Assembly (NCBI GenBank): GCA_963847815.1
Contig: CAWKBF010000003.1
Location: 970,935 to 1,034,934 of the forward strand
DNA: 64,000 bases
Direction of reading: 5' to 3'
DNA from: an uncultured Acidimicrobiia bacterium
Lineage (GTDB): Bacteria > Actinomycetota > Acidimicrobiia > IMCC26256 > JAENVU01
In this document: in pieces, positions 1 to 9,439 of the stretch
How the letters are laid out: every line of letters begins with the position of its first letter
How positions within the stretch are numbered: position 1 is the stretch's first letter
The notes under the pieces: model-generated
Told to the model about the DNA's origin: nothing
Database searches by the model: none
What the model saw: only the letters and a program-made list of their open reading frames with translations
Program-made: the position numbers and the translations under genes

Positions 1-286
1 ACCGACGATGCGGTCGTCCTCGTCACCGCGTGCGGTGAGCATGATGACCGGTACCGGAGCCTCGGCGCGCAGCCGGCGGCACACCTCGATGCCGTCGATG
101 CCCGGAAGCATCAGGTCCAGGACCACCAGGTCGGGCCAGCGCGCTTCGGCGCTCGCCAGCGCGGACAGCGCCATCGGCCGCAGTCTGGACCGTCAGGCCT
201 TCGCGTTCCAAGTAGCGGACGACGACCTCACTCACGGTCTCGTCGTCCTCGACGACGAGGACATACGGCGCGGTGTCGGTCACCAT
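1..286 (-). CDS. OmpR-family response regulator, N-terminal receiver part (runs off window; apparent frameshift near 170)
   Basis: [30 protein letters not shown], then in another frame [23 protein letters not shown]...VIMLTARG; start overlaps the stop of the upstream membrane gene. Confidence 0.85.
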
Positions 287-1631
287 GGTGACCGTACTGC
301 CGCTTGGATGGCGATCGCGACCGCGGCCTGGCTGCACAACCACAGGCGGGTCCAACCGGTCTGCATCCGGGTCGTGACGATCGCGACGGTGGCCAGAAGC
401 ACCCAGGGGACGAACGGGATCCAGATGCGTTCCACCTCACCCTTGGACATGCCGCTGAAGTTGGCGAGCGCGACGACCAGGAGCGCTCCACCCACGAGCA
501 GCCAGACCCGCCGGTCACGCAACCGCGCCAGCCCGACGGCAGCTGCGGGTCCCACGGCGAGCGCGAATGCCCCGAGGTTGCCCACGACGAAGTACCAGTA
601 CGGACGTCTGCTCGCGACCCCCGCCCAGTACTGCGTGCGGGTCGCCGCCAGACCGTCGAGCCACCAGAAGCCTGCGGCGAGGAACGCGAGGAAGACCAGT
701 CCGGCTCCGAACGCGGCGACGACGAGAGGACGGAACCGACGTCGCGCGACGGCAACGACGGCCGGGATCACGGCGAGCAGCACCAGCCCGTAGGACAACA
801 TCGCGGCGGCGCCGAACAGGAGACCGCCGGCGAGTGCCAAGCCGTCGGAGCGCCGTCCTTCGGTCCCGGTGGCGAGCAGGACGAGCGTGATCGCCCAGGC
901 CGAGACGCCGGCGAAGAACGCGTCGCCGAGCTCCACCAGATCGCCGCAGGTGCGAGCACGAGGAACGGTGCCGCCGCGCGCGCCGCGGCTTCACCTGCGA
1001 CCTCGCGCACGGCAACCATCACAGCCGCGATCGACGCAGCTCCGCCCGCGAGCACGAGCGCGAGGTTCGCTCCGACACCACCGAGTCCCACCCGATCGAG
1101 CGTCCAGAGGACCAGCACCATGCCGGGCGGGTGGCCCTTGGTGTGGATGTTGTAGCCGGGGACCCGATCGGTGAACGTGCTCAGAAACGTGAACGGGTTT
1201 CCGACCTTCGGCACAGTGCGGATGTACTGGAGTCGAACGAGCGGATCGGTGAGGCCGCGCCAGCCGTCGTTGAGGCCCAACGCGATCGCCCAGACGATCG
1301 CGCTCGCCATCGCGACGACGAGCAGCAGCTCCCACCGCAGCACTCGGCTGAGCCGCGGTCCCCACCACGCGATGAGCGCGGCGACGGTGATCGGCACGAG
1401 AAGGATCTGACCGTCACGCGTGCGGTAGTCGCCGGCGAGCGGTGGCGCGTTGATGCGCAGTCGATCGCCGACGGCGATGACGTGGTCGCCCCACTTCGCC
1501 GCGATGAAGATGAGCGCGAACCATGCGCCGATGGCGATCAACGTTCGGGCGACGTCGTTCCGCGGGCTCGCCGTTGCAGCAACAGCGGCAGCATCTGCGT
1601 CGGCCGGCGGCGCGGGGATGGTGATCGTCAC
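280..1631 (-). CDS. Polytopic membrane protein, GT-C-like (polyprenyl-phosphate-sugar-dependent glycosyltransferase-like); frameshift near 936
   Basis: ORFs 768..1631 and 280..936 join into a multi-TM protein with an HTKGHPPG loop, APAAIW...DAFFA and SKGEVERIWIPF motifs. Confidence 0.65.
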
Positions 1632-1743
1632 CTGGCGAGGGTACCGACGCGAGCTCCCTCCCGGCGCGCGGCGCGGGCAGAGTTTCGCGGATCGTAAGCA
1701 GTAAACGCGTGCCTTTCGAACTACTCGTCGTTACCTTCGAACC

Positions 1744-2398
1744 ATGCTTGAAATCGGTGCTTTCGATGTCGTGCTCCCCGTGCTCGATGAAGCGCTCGCG
1801 CTGCCCGTCGTGCTCGCGGACCTGCCGGCCAATGCGATCCCGCTGGTGGTCGACAACGGTTCGACCGACGGATCGGCCGAGATCGCACGTGAGCTCGGCG
1901 CTCGGGTGGTGGTCGAGCCGCAGCGCGGCTTCGGCGCGGCGTGTTGGGCCGGAGCGCGAGCCGCGACCAGCGACGTCGTGTGTTTCATGGACTGCGACGG
2001 CTCGTTCCATGGTGGTGATCTTCTCGAGGTCGTCGCACCCGTGTTCGACGGTTCTGCCGACCTTGTGCTCGGTGCCCGTCGCGGCACGAAGGGGTGGCCG
2101 CTGCACGCACGGTGGGCGAACCGCGCGCTCGCCTTCGAGCTGCGGCGCCGAACCGGAGTTCGCTTCTCGGACCTCGGTCCCATGCCGCGCGATGCGACGT
2201 GAAGCTCTGCTCGATCTCGGTGTCACCGATCGCCGTTCGGGGTGGCCGCTCGAGATGGTGCTCCGTGCGGCCGATGCGGGTTGGCGGATCGAGGAGCGCC
2301 CGGTCAGCTACACGCCGCGCATCGGGCGTTCCAAGGTGACCGGAACTGTCGCCGGGACCATGCGGGCCGTTCACGACATGGCCGGCGTGCTCCGATGA
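1744..2398 (+). CDS. GT2 glycosyltransferase (Dol-P-Man/polyprenyl-P-sugar synthase-like); frameshift near 2185
   Basis: VVLPVLDEA, VVDNGSTDGS, RGFGAAC, MDCDGS (DxD), DLVLGAR; C-terminal GWPLEM...YTPRIGRSKVTG lies in ORF 1709..2398. Confidence 0.9.
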
Positions 2399-3057
2399 GT
2401 CACGCCTTCGACGCCACGCTGCTGGTGATCGCAAAGTCACCGTTCCCGGGCCGGGTGAAGACGCGTCTCTGCCCGCCGTGCAGTCCTGAGCAAGCCGCAG
2501 ACATCGCGTTGGCTGCCCTCGAAGACACGTTGGCGACCGTGGCCGCGGTGCCGGCCGCGCATCACGTCCTCGTGCTGGACGGACCGATCGGACCGTGGGT
2601 ACCTGCCGGGTTCGATGTCGTCCCGCAGGTCGAAGGAGATCTTGGTGTTCGGCTCGGCGCCGCGTTCGCCTCGGTTGCCGGTCCGGCGTTGCTCGTGGGG
2701 ATGGACACGCCCCAGCTCACGGTCGCGCAGCTGGTCGGCGCGCTGCACCACCTCGGCGATCCGAACCTCGAGGCCGTGCTGGGCCTGGCCACGGACGGCG
2801 GCTGGTGGTCCCTCGGCCTCTCCGGGCCGGTGCCGGGCATCTTCGATGGCGTTCCGGTCAGCTCGTCGGAGACGGGCGCGGCTCAGCTTGATCGCATGCG
2901 TCACCTGGGTCTGCGCACCCGGTTGCTCCCGGAGCTGTGCGACGTGGATCACTTCACCGACGCGCGCGTGGTCGCCGCCGACATCCCCTGGTCGAAGTTC
3001 GCGGCTGCCGTCGCGGTCGTCGAAGCCACGCTCGAGCTCGAGCCGAGGATGTCGTGA
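2395..3057 (+). CDS. DUF2064 / TIGR04282-type nucleotide-sugar transferase-like protein
   Basis: LLVIAKSPFPGRVKTRL, QVEGDLGVRL, LVGMDTP, ATDGGWW, DVD; ATGA overlap with GT2. Confidence 0.85.
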   Translation: MSHAFDATLLVIAKSPFPGRVKTRLCPPCSPEQAADIALAALEDTLATVAAVPAAHHVLVLDGPIGPWVPAGFDVVPQVEGDLGVRLGAAFASVAGPALLVGMDTPQLTVAQLVGALHHLGDPNLEAVLGLATDGGWWSLGLSGPVPGIFDGVPVSSSETGAAQLDRMRHLGLRTRLLPELCDVDHFTDARVVAADIPWSKFAAAVAVVEATLELEPRMS

Positions 3058-3635
3058 CCACCGTCATGCTGCGCTCGACTGCAGGGCGGGTCCTTCGCCT
3101 CGACGGTCAACGTTGGGTCGAGCCGGCCTCGCCCGCCGACGAGCGGCTTCTGAAGCTGGTGGAAGGCCCCGTGCTCGACGTCGGGTGCGGTCCGGGTCGG
3201 CACGTCCTCGCGCTCGCGCGTCGGGGAATCGTGACGCTCGGGATCGACGTGTCGCCCCCGGCGCTGGCGTTAGCGCGACGTGACGGCGCGCCGGTGCTCG
3301 AGCGTTCGATCTTCGACCCGGTCCCGGCGACCGGGCGGTGGGGAACCGCGCTGCTCCTTGACGGGAACCTCGGCATCGGTGGCTGTGTCACCACGTTGCT
3401 CGCCCGGGTGAGGCAGCTCCTACGACCGGGCGGGCGTCTGCTCGTCGAGCTCTCGGCGCCCGGCGAGGGCCCCGAGGTCGAGCACGTGCGGTTCGAGTCC
3501 GATGGCGTCGCGGGGCCGTGGTTCGCGTGGGCGCACGTCAGCATCGATTCGCTCGCCGGCGTCGCGCACGACGCGGGACTGGCAGTGCAGCGTGAGTGGT
3601 GCGACGACGACCGCTGGTTCGCGTGCCTCGCGTGA
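3054..3635 (+). CDS. Class I SAM-dependent methyltransferase
   Basis: VLDVGCGPGR motif I, GIDVS, LLLDGNLGIGG, LLRPGGRLLV; GTGA overlap. Confidence 0.88.
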   Translation: MTTVMLRSTAGRVLRLDGQRWVEPASPADERLLKLVEGPVLDVGCGPGRHVLALARRGIVTLGIDVSPPALALARRDGAPVLERSIFDPVPATGRWGTALLLDGNLGIGGCVTTLLARVRQLLRPGGRLLVELSAPGEGPEVEHVRFESDGVAGPWFAWAHVSIDSLAGVAHDAGLAVQREWCDDDRWFACLA

Positions 3636-4849
3636 AGTCGCTCCCAGACCTCTCGCAGCACCCTCCGTTTCGGGAGGGGACGTTCTCGAGCACGTTGCGC
3701 AGCGAGCGGGTCGCCGCGATCCTCGGGATCGCGCTCGGCGTCTCCTTCTCCATCTGCTTCGTGACCGGCCTGTACTCGCATCTCGCGCAACACCCGACGA
3801 GCTGGTTCGAGCTTCCAGCACGGCCCGCCGGTCTCTACCGCGTCACCCAGGGACTGCACATCGCCACCGGGATTGCCACGATCCCGATCCTGCTGGCCAA
3901 GCTCTGGGTGATCTACCCGAAGCTCTTCCGCTGGCCACCGTTCACGAACATCGCGAACGTCATCGAGCGCATATCCCTGTTCCCGCTCATCGCCGGCGGG
4001 CTGTTCATGCTCGGCAGCGGGCTGGCCAACATCAACCTCTGGTACCCGTGGAAGTTCAGCTTCGCGGTGACGCACTACTGGGTCGCGTGGATCACGATGG
4101 GGGCCCTCGTCGTCCACATCGGCGCGAAGCGGCTCATCACCCTCCGGGCGCTGCGTCCGAGCCGTTCGACCGAGACCGCACCCACCCCCGAGGCGGCCGA
4201 CTCTCCCGAGGTCGAGGACGCGCCTGAAGCCGAAGGGGTCCCGGTCGGCGCGGTCGCGGACCGCAGAGGATTCCTCGCGGGCGTCTTTGCGACGAGTGGG
4301 CTGCTGACGCTCTTCACGGTCGGGCAGACGTTCCGGCCCCTGGCCCCGCTGGCGCTGCTGTCACCGCGGCGCTCCGATGTGGGTCCGCAAGGGTTCCCGG
4401 TCAACCGGACGGCGCGCACCGCCGGAGTGCTCGAGTCGGCGCGCTCCGCGGACTACCGGCTGGTCGTCGACGGCAAGGTCTCGCGCGAGCTGTCGCTCAC
4501 GCTCGATGATCTCAAGGCGATGGATCAGCACTCGGCGGTCCTGCCGATCGCCTGCGTCGAAGGTTGGAGCTCGTCGCAGCACTGGACGGGAGTGCGAATG
4601 GTGGATCTGCTGCGCATGGCCGGCGCGGCGCCCGGTGCATCCGTGCGAGTGCACTCACTTCAGCCGCGTCGCAGCTACCGCACCTCGGACGTGAACCCGA
4701 CCCAGACCCACGATCAGGACACGTTGCTCGCACTGCGGGTCGGCGGCGAGGAGCTCGACATCGACCACGGCTATCCCGCTCGCCTGATCGGCCCGGACCG
4801 TCCCGGAGTCATGCAGACCAAGTGGGTCACACGGGTGGAGGTCCGATGA
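3632..4849 (+). CDS. Membrane-bound molybdopterin-dependent oxidoreductase (sulfite oxidase family) with an N-terminal cytochrome-b-like domain and an internal Tat motif
   Basis: Four His-containing TM segments, then DRRGFLAG plus a TM segment, then LPIACVEGWS, W-G-V, DHGYPARLI, QTKWV. Confidence 0.88.
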   Translation: MKSLPDLSQHPPFREGTFSSTLRSERVAAILGIALGVSFSICFVTGLYSHLAQHPTSWFELPARPAGLYRVTQGLHIATGIATIPILLAKLWVIYPKLFRWPPFTNIANVIERISLFPLIAGGLFMLGSGLANINLWYPWKFSFAVTHYWVAWITMGALVVHIGAKRLITLRALRPSRSTETAPTPEAADSPEVEDAPEAEGVPVGAVADRRGFLAGVFATSGLLTLFTVGQTFRPLAPLALLSPRRSDVGPQGFPVNRTARTAGVLESARSADYRLVVDGKVSRELSLTLDDLKAMDQHSAVLPIACVEGWSSSQHWTGVRMVDLLRMAGAAPGASVRVHSLQPRRSYRTSDVNPTQTHDQDTLLALRVGGEELDIDHGYPARLIGPDRPGVMQTKWVTRVEVR

Positions 4850-5319
4850 CGAGTCCCGCTCACACCGAGCCCGGAATCGAACCGGAGGAGTCCACCGGCG
4901 GCGCGCTCTTCTCGATCGGCGCGGCCATCGGGATAGGAGTCATGGCGTTCGGCGTGAAGGGCCTGCTGGACGCGGCGCCATCGACCGAGCCCACCCAGGT
5001 CGGGCTCAGCCTCATCGGTCTCGACCTCCTGCACGATGCGATCGTCGCGCCGATCGTGTGCCTGATCGGCCTGGTGTTGACGCGGTTCCTCCCTGACCGC
5101 GTGCGGATCCCCGTCCGCGCCGGACTCTTCGCCTCGGCGATCGTGGTCCTCGTCGGCTGGGCCACGCTGCGCGGCTACGGGCGAGACCAGGTGCCGGACA
5201 ACTCGACCGTCGATCCGTTGAACTACGGCACCGCGGTGCTCACCGTGCTGGCCGCGGTCTGGGTCGGAGTGGTCGCGTGGGTGGGGTCCGCGTGGTGGCT
5301 CGGTCGTCGCGCTGATTGA
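4846..5319 (+). CDS. Hypothetical four-TM membrane protein, last gene of the operon
   Basis: Hydrophobic segments, LLHDAIVAP and DNSTVDPLNY; ATGA overlap. Confidence 0.7.
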   Translation: MTSPAHTEPGIEPEESTGGALFSIGAAIGIGVMAFGVKGLLDAAPSTEPTQVGLSLIGLDLLHDAIVAPIVCLIGLVLTRFLPDRVRIPVRAGLFASAIVVLVGWATLRGYGRDQVPDNSTVDPLNYGTAVLTVLAAVWVGVVAWVGSAWWLGRRAD

Positions 5320-5338
5320 TCCCACTCGGAGACCAGAG

Positions 5339-5366
5339 CGATGAGTTCGCGGGGAGGCGCGAGTCT
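5339..5366 (+). promoter_or_regulatory. Putative SigG-type ECF promoter CGATGA-N18-GTCT
   Basis: CGATGA 5339-5344 and GTC 5363-5365; same architecture at 63009-63036 (-) and, with a variant -35, at 14387-14452. Confidence 0.6.
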
Positions 5367-5398
5367 GCACCTCTGACCGCATGAACGGAGACACTCCT

Positions 5399-5989
5399 AT
5401 GACGAAGGTGATCGCGGACATCACGATGTCCCTCGACGGGTTCGTCACCGGTCCCGACCCGGATCTCGACCATGGGCTCGGACACGGCGGTGAGGCGCTC
5501 CACGAGTGGGTGTTCAGCAACGACGAGGTCGACGCGCAGGTGCTCGAGCACTCGACCAGCCGTTCAGGCGCCGTGGTCATGGGCCGTCGCCTCTTCGACA
5601 TCATCGACGGCCCGCACGGTTGGAGCGACGAGATGGGGTACGGCGCCACGCACGCGGGCAACCCCCCGTTCTTCGTCGTGACCCATGCCGAGCCCGCGTC
5701 CATCCGGCTCGCGCTCGACTTCTCCTTCGTCACCGACGGGCTCGCGGCGGCCATCCAGCGCGCACGGGACGTGGCCGGCACCAAGGATGTCGTCGTGATG
5801 GGCGGGGGAGATGTGATCCGCCAGTGCGTCGATGACGGCCTCGCCGACGAGCTGGTGCTGCACCTCGCGCCGATCATCCTCGGCGCGGGCACCCCGCTCT
5901 TCACCGGCGCGGCCCGTCGAGAGCTTCGCCAACGTGACGTCCGCGTCTCGGAGCATGCAACCCACATCACCTACGACGTCTCGACCTGA
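5399..5989 (+). CDS. Dihydrofolate reductase family (RibD C-terminal) protein
   Basis: ITMSLDGFV, VVMGRRLF, VMGGGD, ADELVLHLAPIILGAGTPLF; RBS GGAG upstream. Confidence 0.9.
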   Translation: MTKVIADITMSLDGFVTGPDPDLDHGLGHGGEALHEWVFSNDEVDAQVLEHSTSRSGAVVMGRRLFDIIDGPHGWSDEMGYGATHAGNPPFFVVTHAEPASIRLALDFSFVTDGLAAAIQRARDVAGTKDVVVMGGGDVIRQCVDDGLADELVLHLAPIILGAGTPLFTGAARRELRQRDVRVSEHATHITYDVST

Positions 5990-6137
5990 CGAGCAGCGTC
6001 GTTGCGACGCCGCGGGAGAAGCTCGATTTCCGGCTCAACGGGCGCGTCGGCCAGATCGGTGGCATCGTCGGCGCCCGGATGTCCGGACACCCCGGGTCAG
6101 CGGGGGTGCGGACGAGGAGCTGGACGAGGGGTTCACC

Positions 6138-7391
6138 ATGCGAGAGGTGCGGATCGAAGACCTGCGGGAGCCGCGCCGCGACCCGGGCGAGCAGGCGTTC
6201 TTCGACGTCGCGTGTTCGATGAAGGTGGACCTCGACCCGGAGGCGCTCGTCGCTCGGGCCCGTGCCGCGACCGGACTGTCCGACTTCGGCGACGACACCG
6301 TGCTCGATCGACTCGCCGCGCAGGTCGATGCGGTCGAGCGGGACCGCGGCCTTGCGGGGCTCGGCCGGTTCATCGTCGGGCAGCGACTGCTCGGGCTGTT
6401 GCAGGCCCGCCTTCGATTCGAGGACTTCGTGCGCCGTCACCCGGAGGCACTCGAGATCGAGCTGGAGCCGCCGATCATCGTGGTCGGGCTTCCGCGCTCC
6501 GGCACCACGCATCTCGTGAACATGCTCGCCCGTGACGCGCGGCTGCGTTCGATGCCGTGGTGGGAGGTCGCAGAGCCCATCCCGGTCCGTGGAGACGGCC
6601 CCGGACGAGACGGGATCGATCCGCGCTATCTCCGGTCCCTTGCCACCTGGGAGATGACCAACGAGACGGCACCGCTCGCGGCGCTGATGCACGACCGGCC
6701 GCCGTGGAGCATCGAGGAGGACTGCGAGCTCGTCGACCTGGACCTCTGCTCGTACACGTTGGAGTGGCACGCCCGGGTCCCGTCGTGGCGCGACTACTAC
6801 CTGGAGCTCGACCAACGCCGGCACTACGCATTCCTCCGCAAGGAGCTCCAGGTCCTGAGCTACCTGCGGGGACCGAACCGGTGGGTGCTCAAGACGCCGC
6901 AACACCTCGAGCAGCTCGGACCGCTCCTGGACACGTTCCCGGACGCGACCATCGCGTTCACGTTGCGCGACCCGGTCGCGGTGGTGCAGTCCGCGATCAC
7001 GATGCTCGCGTACGGTGACCGGATGCGGCGGGTTCGGATCGACGCCGATGAGCTGGCCGCGTACTGGATCGATCGGGTCGAGCGACTGCTGCGCGCCGGT
7101 GTGCGCGATGCCCACGTGATCCCCGAAGCGCAACGGGTCGACGTGGAGTTCGGTGAGTTCATGTCCGACGACCTTGCGATGGCGGGAAAGATCCTGGACG
7201 TCGCGGGGCTCGAGCTCACCGATGCGGCGCGTGGCGCGTTCGAGACGTACCTGGCCGGCAACCCGAGAGGGAAGGAAGGCCGCGTTGTCTACGACCTTCG
7301 CAATGACTTCGGCATCGACCCCGCGGCGCTGCACGAGCAGTTCGCGTTCTACTACGAGGCCTTTCCGCAGATCCGCCTGGAGGTGCACTGA
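6138..7391 (+). CDS. Sulfotransferase family protein (Sulfotransfer_3-like)
   Basis: PAPS 5'-PSB motif IVVGLPRSGTTHL, WVLKTPQH, RDP 3'-PB motif. Confidence 0.88.
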   Translation: MREVRIEDLREPRRDPGEQAFFDVACSMKVDLDPEALVARARAATGLSDFGDDTVLDRLAAQVDAVERDRGLAGLGRFIVGQRLLGLLQARLRFEDFVRRHPEALEIELEPPIIVVGLPRSGTTHLVNMLARDARLRSMPWWEVAEPIPVRGDGPGRDGIDPRYLRSLATWEMTNETAPLAALMHDRPPWSIEEDCELVDLDLCSYTLEWHARVPSWRDYYLELDQRRHYAFLRKELQVLSYLRGPNRWVLKTPQHLEQLGPLLDTFPDATIAFTLRDPVAVVQSAITMLAYGDRMRRVRIDADELAAYWIDRVERLLRAGVRDAHVIPEAQRVDVEFGEFMSDDLAMAGKILDVAGLELTDAARGAFETYLAGNPRGKEGRVVYDLRNDFGIDPAALHEQFAFYYEAFPQIRLEVH

Positions 7392-8638
7392 TGTCCGGCA
7401 TCCACCGCGAGCGTCCCGGCGCGGCATCCATCGCTGCCGCGACCGGCGCTCCTGCCGTCGATCTCGGCGACGACATCTGGATGTCGCCGGGACTCTCCAA
7501 CAGCTACCTGCTCCCGACCGATGAGGGCCGGGTGATCATCAACACGGGCATGGGCTTCGAGGGTCCGCTCCACCAACGGGCCTACGCCGGGATCGGCGAC
7601 GGTCCCGTGCACTCGATCGTGCTCACCCAGGGCCACTACGACCACGTCGGTGGTGTCGACGTGCTGCGGGAGGACGCCACCGACGTCGTCGCGCAGGCAA
7701 ACTTCGCGATGTGGCGAGCCGACAACGAGCGGCTCGAGACGTTCCGCGCCGGCAACGCGGCGTTTGCGTGGATGGACGCGATCCTCGCGGCCATGAAGTA
7801 CGCAGAGTCGCTCGGCGTGGGCGCGACCCCGCAGGCGCGACCGGAACCGACGACGACGTTCGCCGACCGGCTCGAGCTGACCATCGGCGGGCGTCGACTG
7901 GAGCTGCTGTCGGTGCCCGGCGGCGAGACCACGGACGCGTTGGTGATCTGGCTGCCCGAGTCGCGCACGGTGTTCACGGGGAACACCTTCGGCCCGCTGT
8001 TCGGTCACGTCCCCAACCTGGTGACGATCCGGGGAGATCGCTATCGCGATGCGCTCGAGTACGCCTCGTCGGTCGAGCGGGTGCTCGCGCTGGCGCCGGA
8101 TCGCTTGATCACCGGGCACTTCGATCCGATCCTCGGCGCGGACCGCATCGCCAAGGAGCTCACCGCGATCCGCGACGCGACGCTCTGGGTGCATGACCGG
8201 ACAGTCGACGGCATGAACGCGCGCGCAGACGTGCACGGGCTGATCCGCGACATCCGCGTTCCGGAGCACCTCGACGTCGGCGAAGGGTACGGCAAGACGA
8301 GCTGGAACGTACGGGCCATCTGGGAGAACTACGCCGGGTGGTTCCATCACCGTTCCACCACCGAGCTCTACGACGTTCCCGCGTCATCGATCGCCGGCGA
8401 TGTGGTCGCGGCTGCCGGCGCCGACGCCCTCGTCGTCGCTGCGAGCGCGCACCTCAACGCCGGCCGTCCGATCGAAGCGTTGCATCTCACGGATCTCGTC
8501 CTCACCGCGGTCCCGGACCACGCGCCGGCGCGCGCGCTGGGGGCCGATGCTTCCCGTGCTCTGTTGGACGCGAGCGTGAACTTCTGGGAGGACGCGTGGC
8601 TCCGACGGTCGATCGAGAAGCTGGAATCGGGCCGATGA
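7391..8638 (+). CDS. Alkyl sulfatase-like MBL-fold hydrolase (SdsA1/BDS1-like, no SCP2 domain)
   Basis: TQGHYDHVGG, PGGETTD, PNLVTIRGDRYRD, ITGH, YGKTSWNVRAIWENYAGWF; TGATG overlap with the sulfotransferase. Confidence 0.85.
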   Translation: MSGIHRERPGAASIAAATGAPAVDLGDDIWMSPGLSNSYLLPTDEGRVIINTGMGFEGPLHQRAYAGIGDGPVHSIVLTQGHYDHVGGVDVLREDATDVVAQANFAMWRADNERLETFRAGNAAFAWMDAILAAMKYAESLGVGATPQARPEPTTTFADRLELTIGGRRLELLSVPGGETTDALVIWLPESRTVFTGNTFGPLFGHVPNLVTIRGDRYRDALEYASSVERVLALAPDRLITGHFDPILGADRIAKELTAIRDATLWVHDRTVDGMNARADVHGLIRDIRVPEHLDVGEGYGKTSWNVRAIWENYAGWFHHRSTTELYDVPASSIAGDVVAAAGADALVVAASAHLNAGRPIEALHLTDLVLTAVPDHAPARALGADASRALLDASVNFWEDAWLRRSIEKLESGR

Positions 8639-9382
8639 ACCAGGTCAGCTTCGACTTCCAGGGAGCGTCGGTGCTCGTGACCGGCGGTACCAGCGGCATC
8701 GGCCACGGGATCGCGCGTGCCTTCGCCGCGGCCGGCGCTTCGGTCACCGTCACGGGCACGCGCGCCGCAGCCACCGACTACGAGACCGACCTGCGCGCCT
8801 TCTCCTTTCGTCAGGCCGAGATGACCGACCCGGCATCGATCGAACGACTGGTCGCCTCACTGGATGCGCTCGACGTCCTCGTCAACAACGCGGGTGCGAA
8901 CTTTCCCGGTGGTCGCGACGAGTGGGAGCCCGACACCTTTGCGACCGCGATGGAGCTCAACCTCAACGGTCCGATGCGTCTGACCACCGGCTGCCGGGAG
9001 CTGCTGCGGGCCAGCACCATGGACGGGGGAGCGTCGGTCATCGGCATCGCGTCCATGGCCGCGTTCCGCCGCGGTCCCGATCGTGCCCGGTTACGCCTCG
9101 GCGAAGGCCGGCCTCGTCGCGCTCACCCAGAACCTGGCCCAGCTCTGGGCCGGTGACGGGATTCGGGTGAATGCAGTTGCCCCCGGAGTCATCGAGACTC
9201 CGATGACCGCGCCCCTCGCCGCGATTCCCGAGCTCCGTGATGCCGAGCTGGCGCACACGCCGATGGGCCGCTTCGGCTCGCCGTCCGAGGTCGCGTCGGC
9301 AGTCCTGTTCCTCGCAAGCGCGGGGGCCTCCTACGTCACCGGCTCGGTCGTCGCGGTCGACGGCGGCTACCTCACGGTCTGA
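8635..9382 (+). CDS. SDR family oxidoreductase; frameshift near 9070
   Basis: TGGTSGIG, NNAG, YASAK, VNAVAPG, VTGSVVAVDGG. Confidence 0.9.
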
Positions 9383-9439
9383 TGATGGCGCCGCTCGGTT
9401 CACACGACCACGTATCCGGCAAGTCCTGAGGACGGCGCA

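Noticed and set aside
2395-3635. Arsenosugar or selenosugar biosynthesis, suggested by the TIGR04282-type gene plus a methyltransferase
   Set aside because: No radical-SAM ArsS, Cys-rich ArsM, SelD or SenA/B genes are in the window; the family label alone is insufficient.
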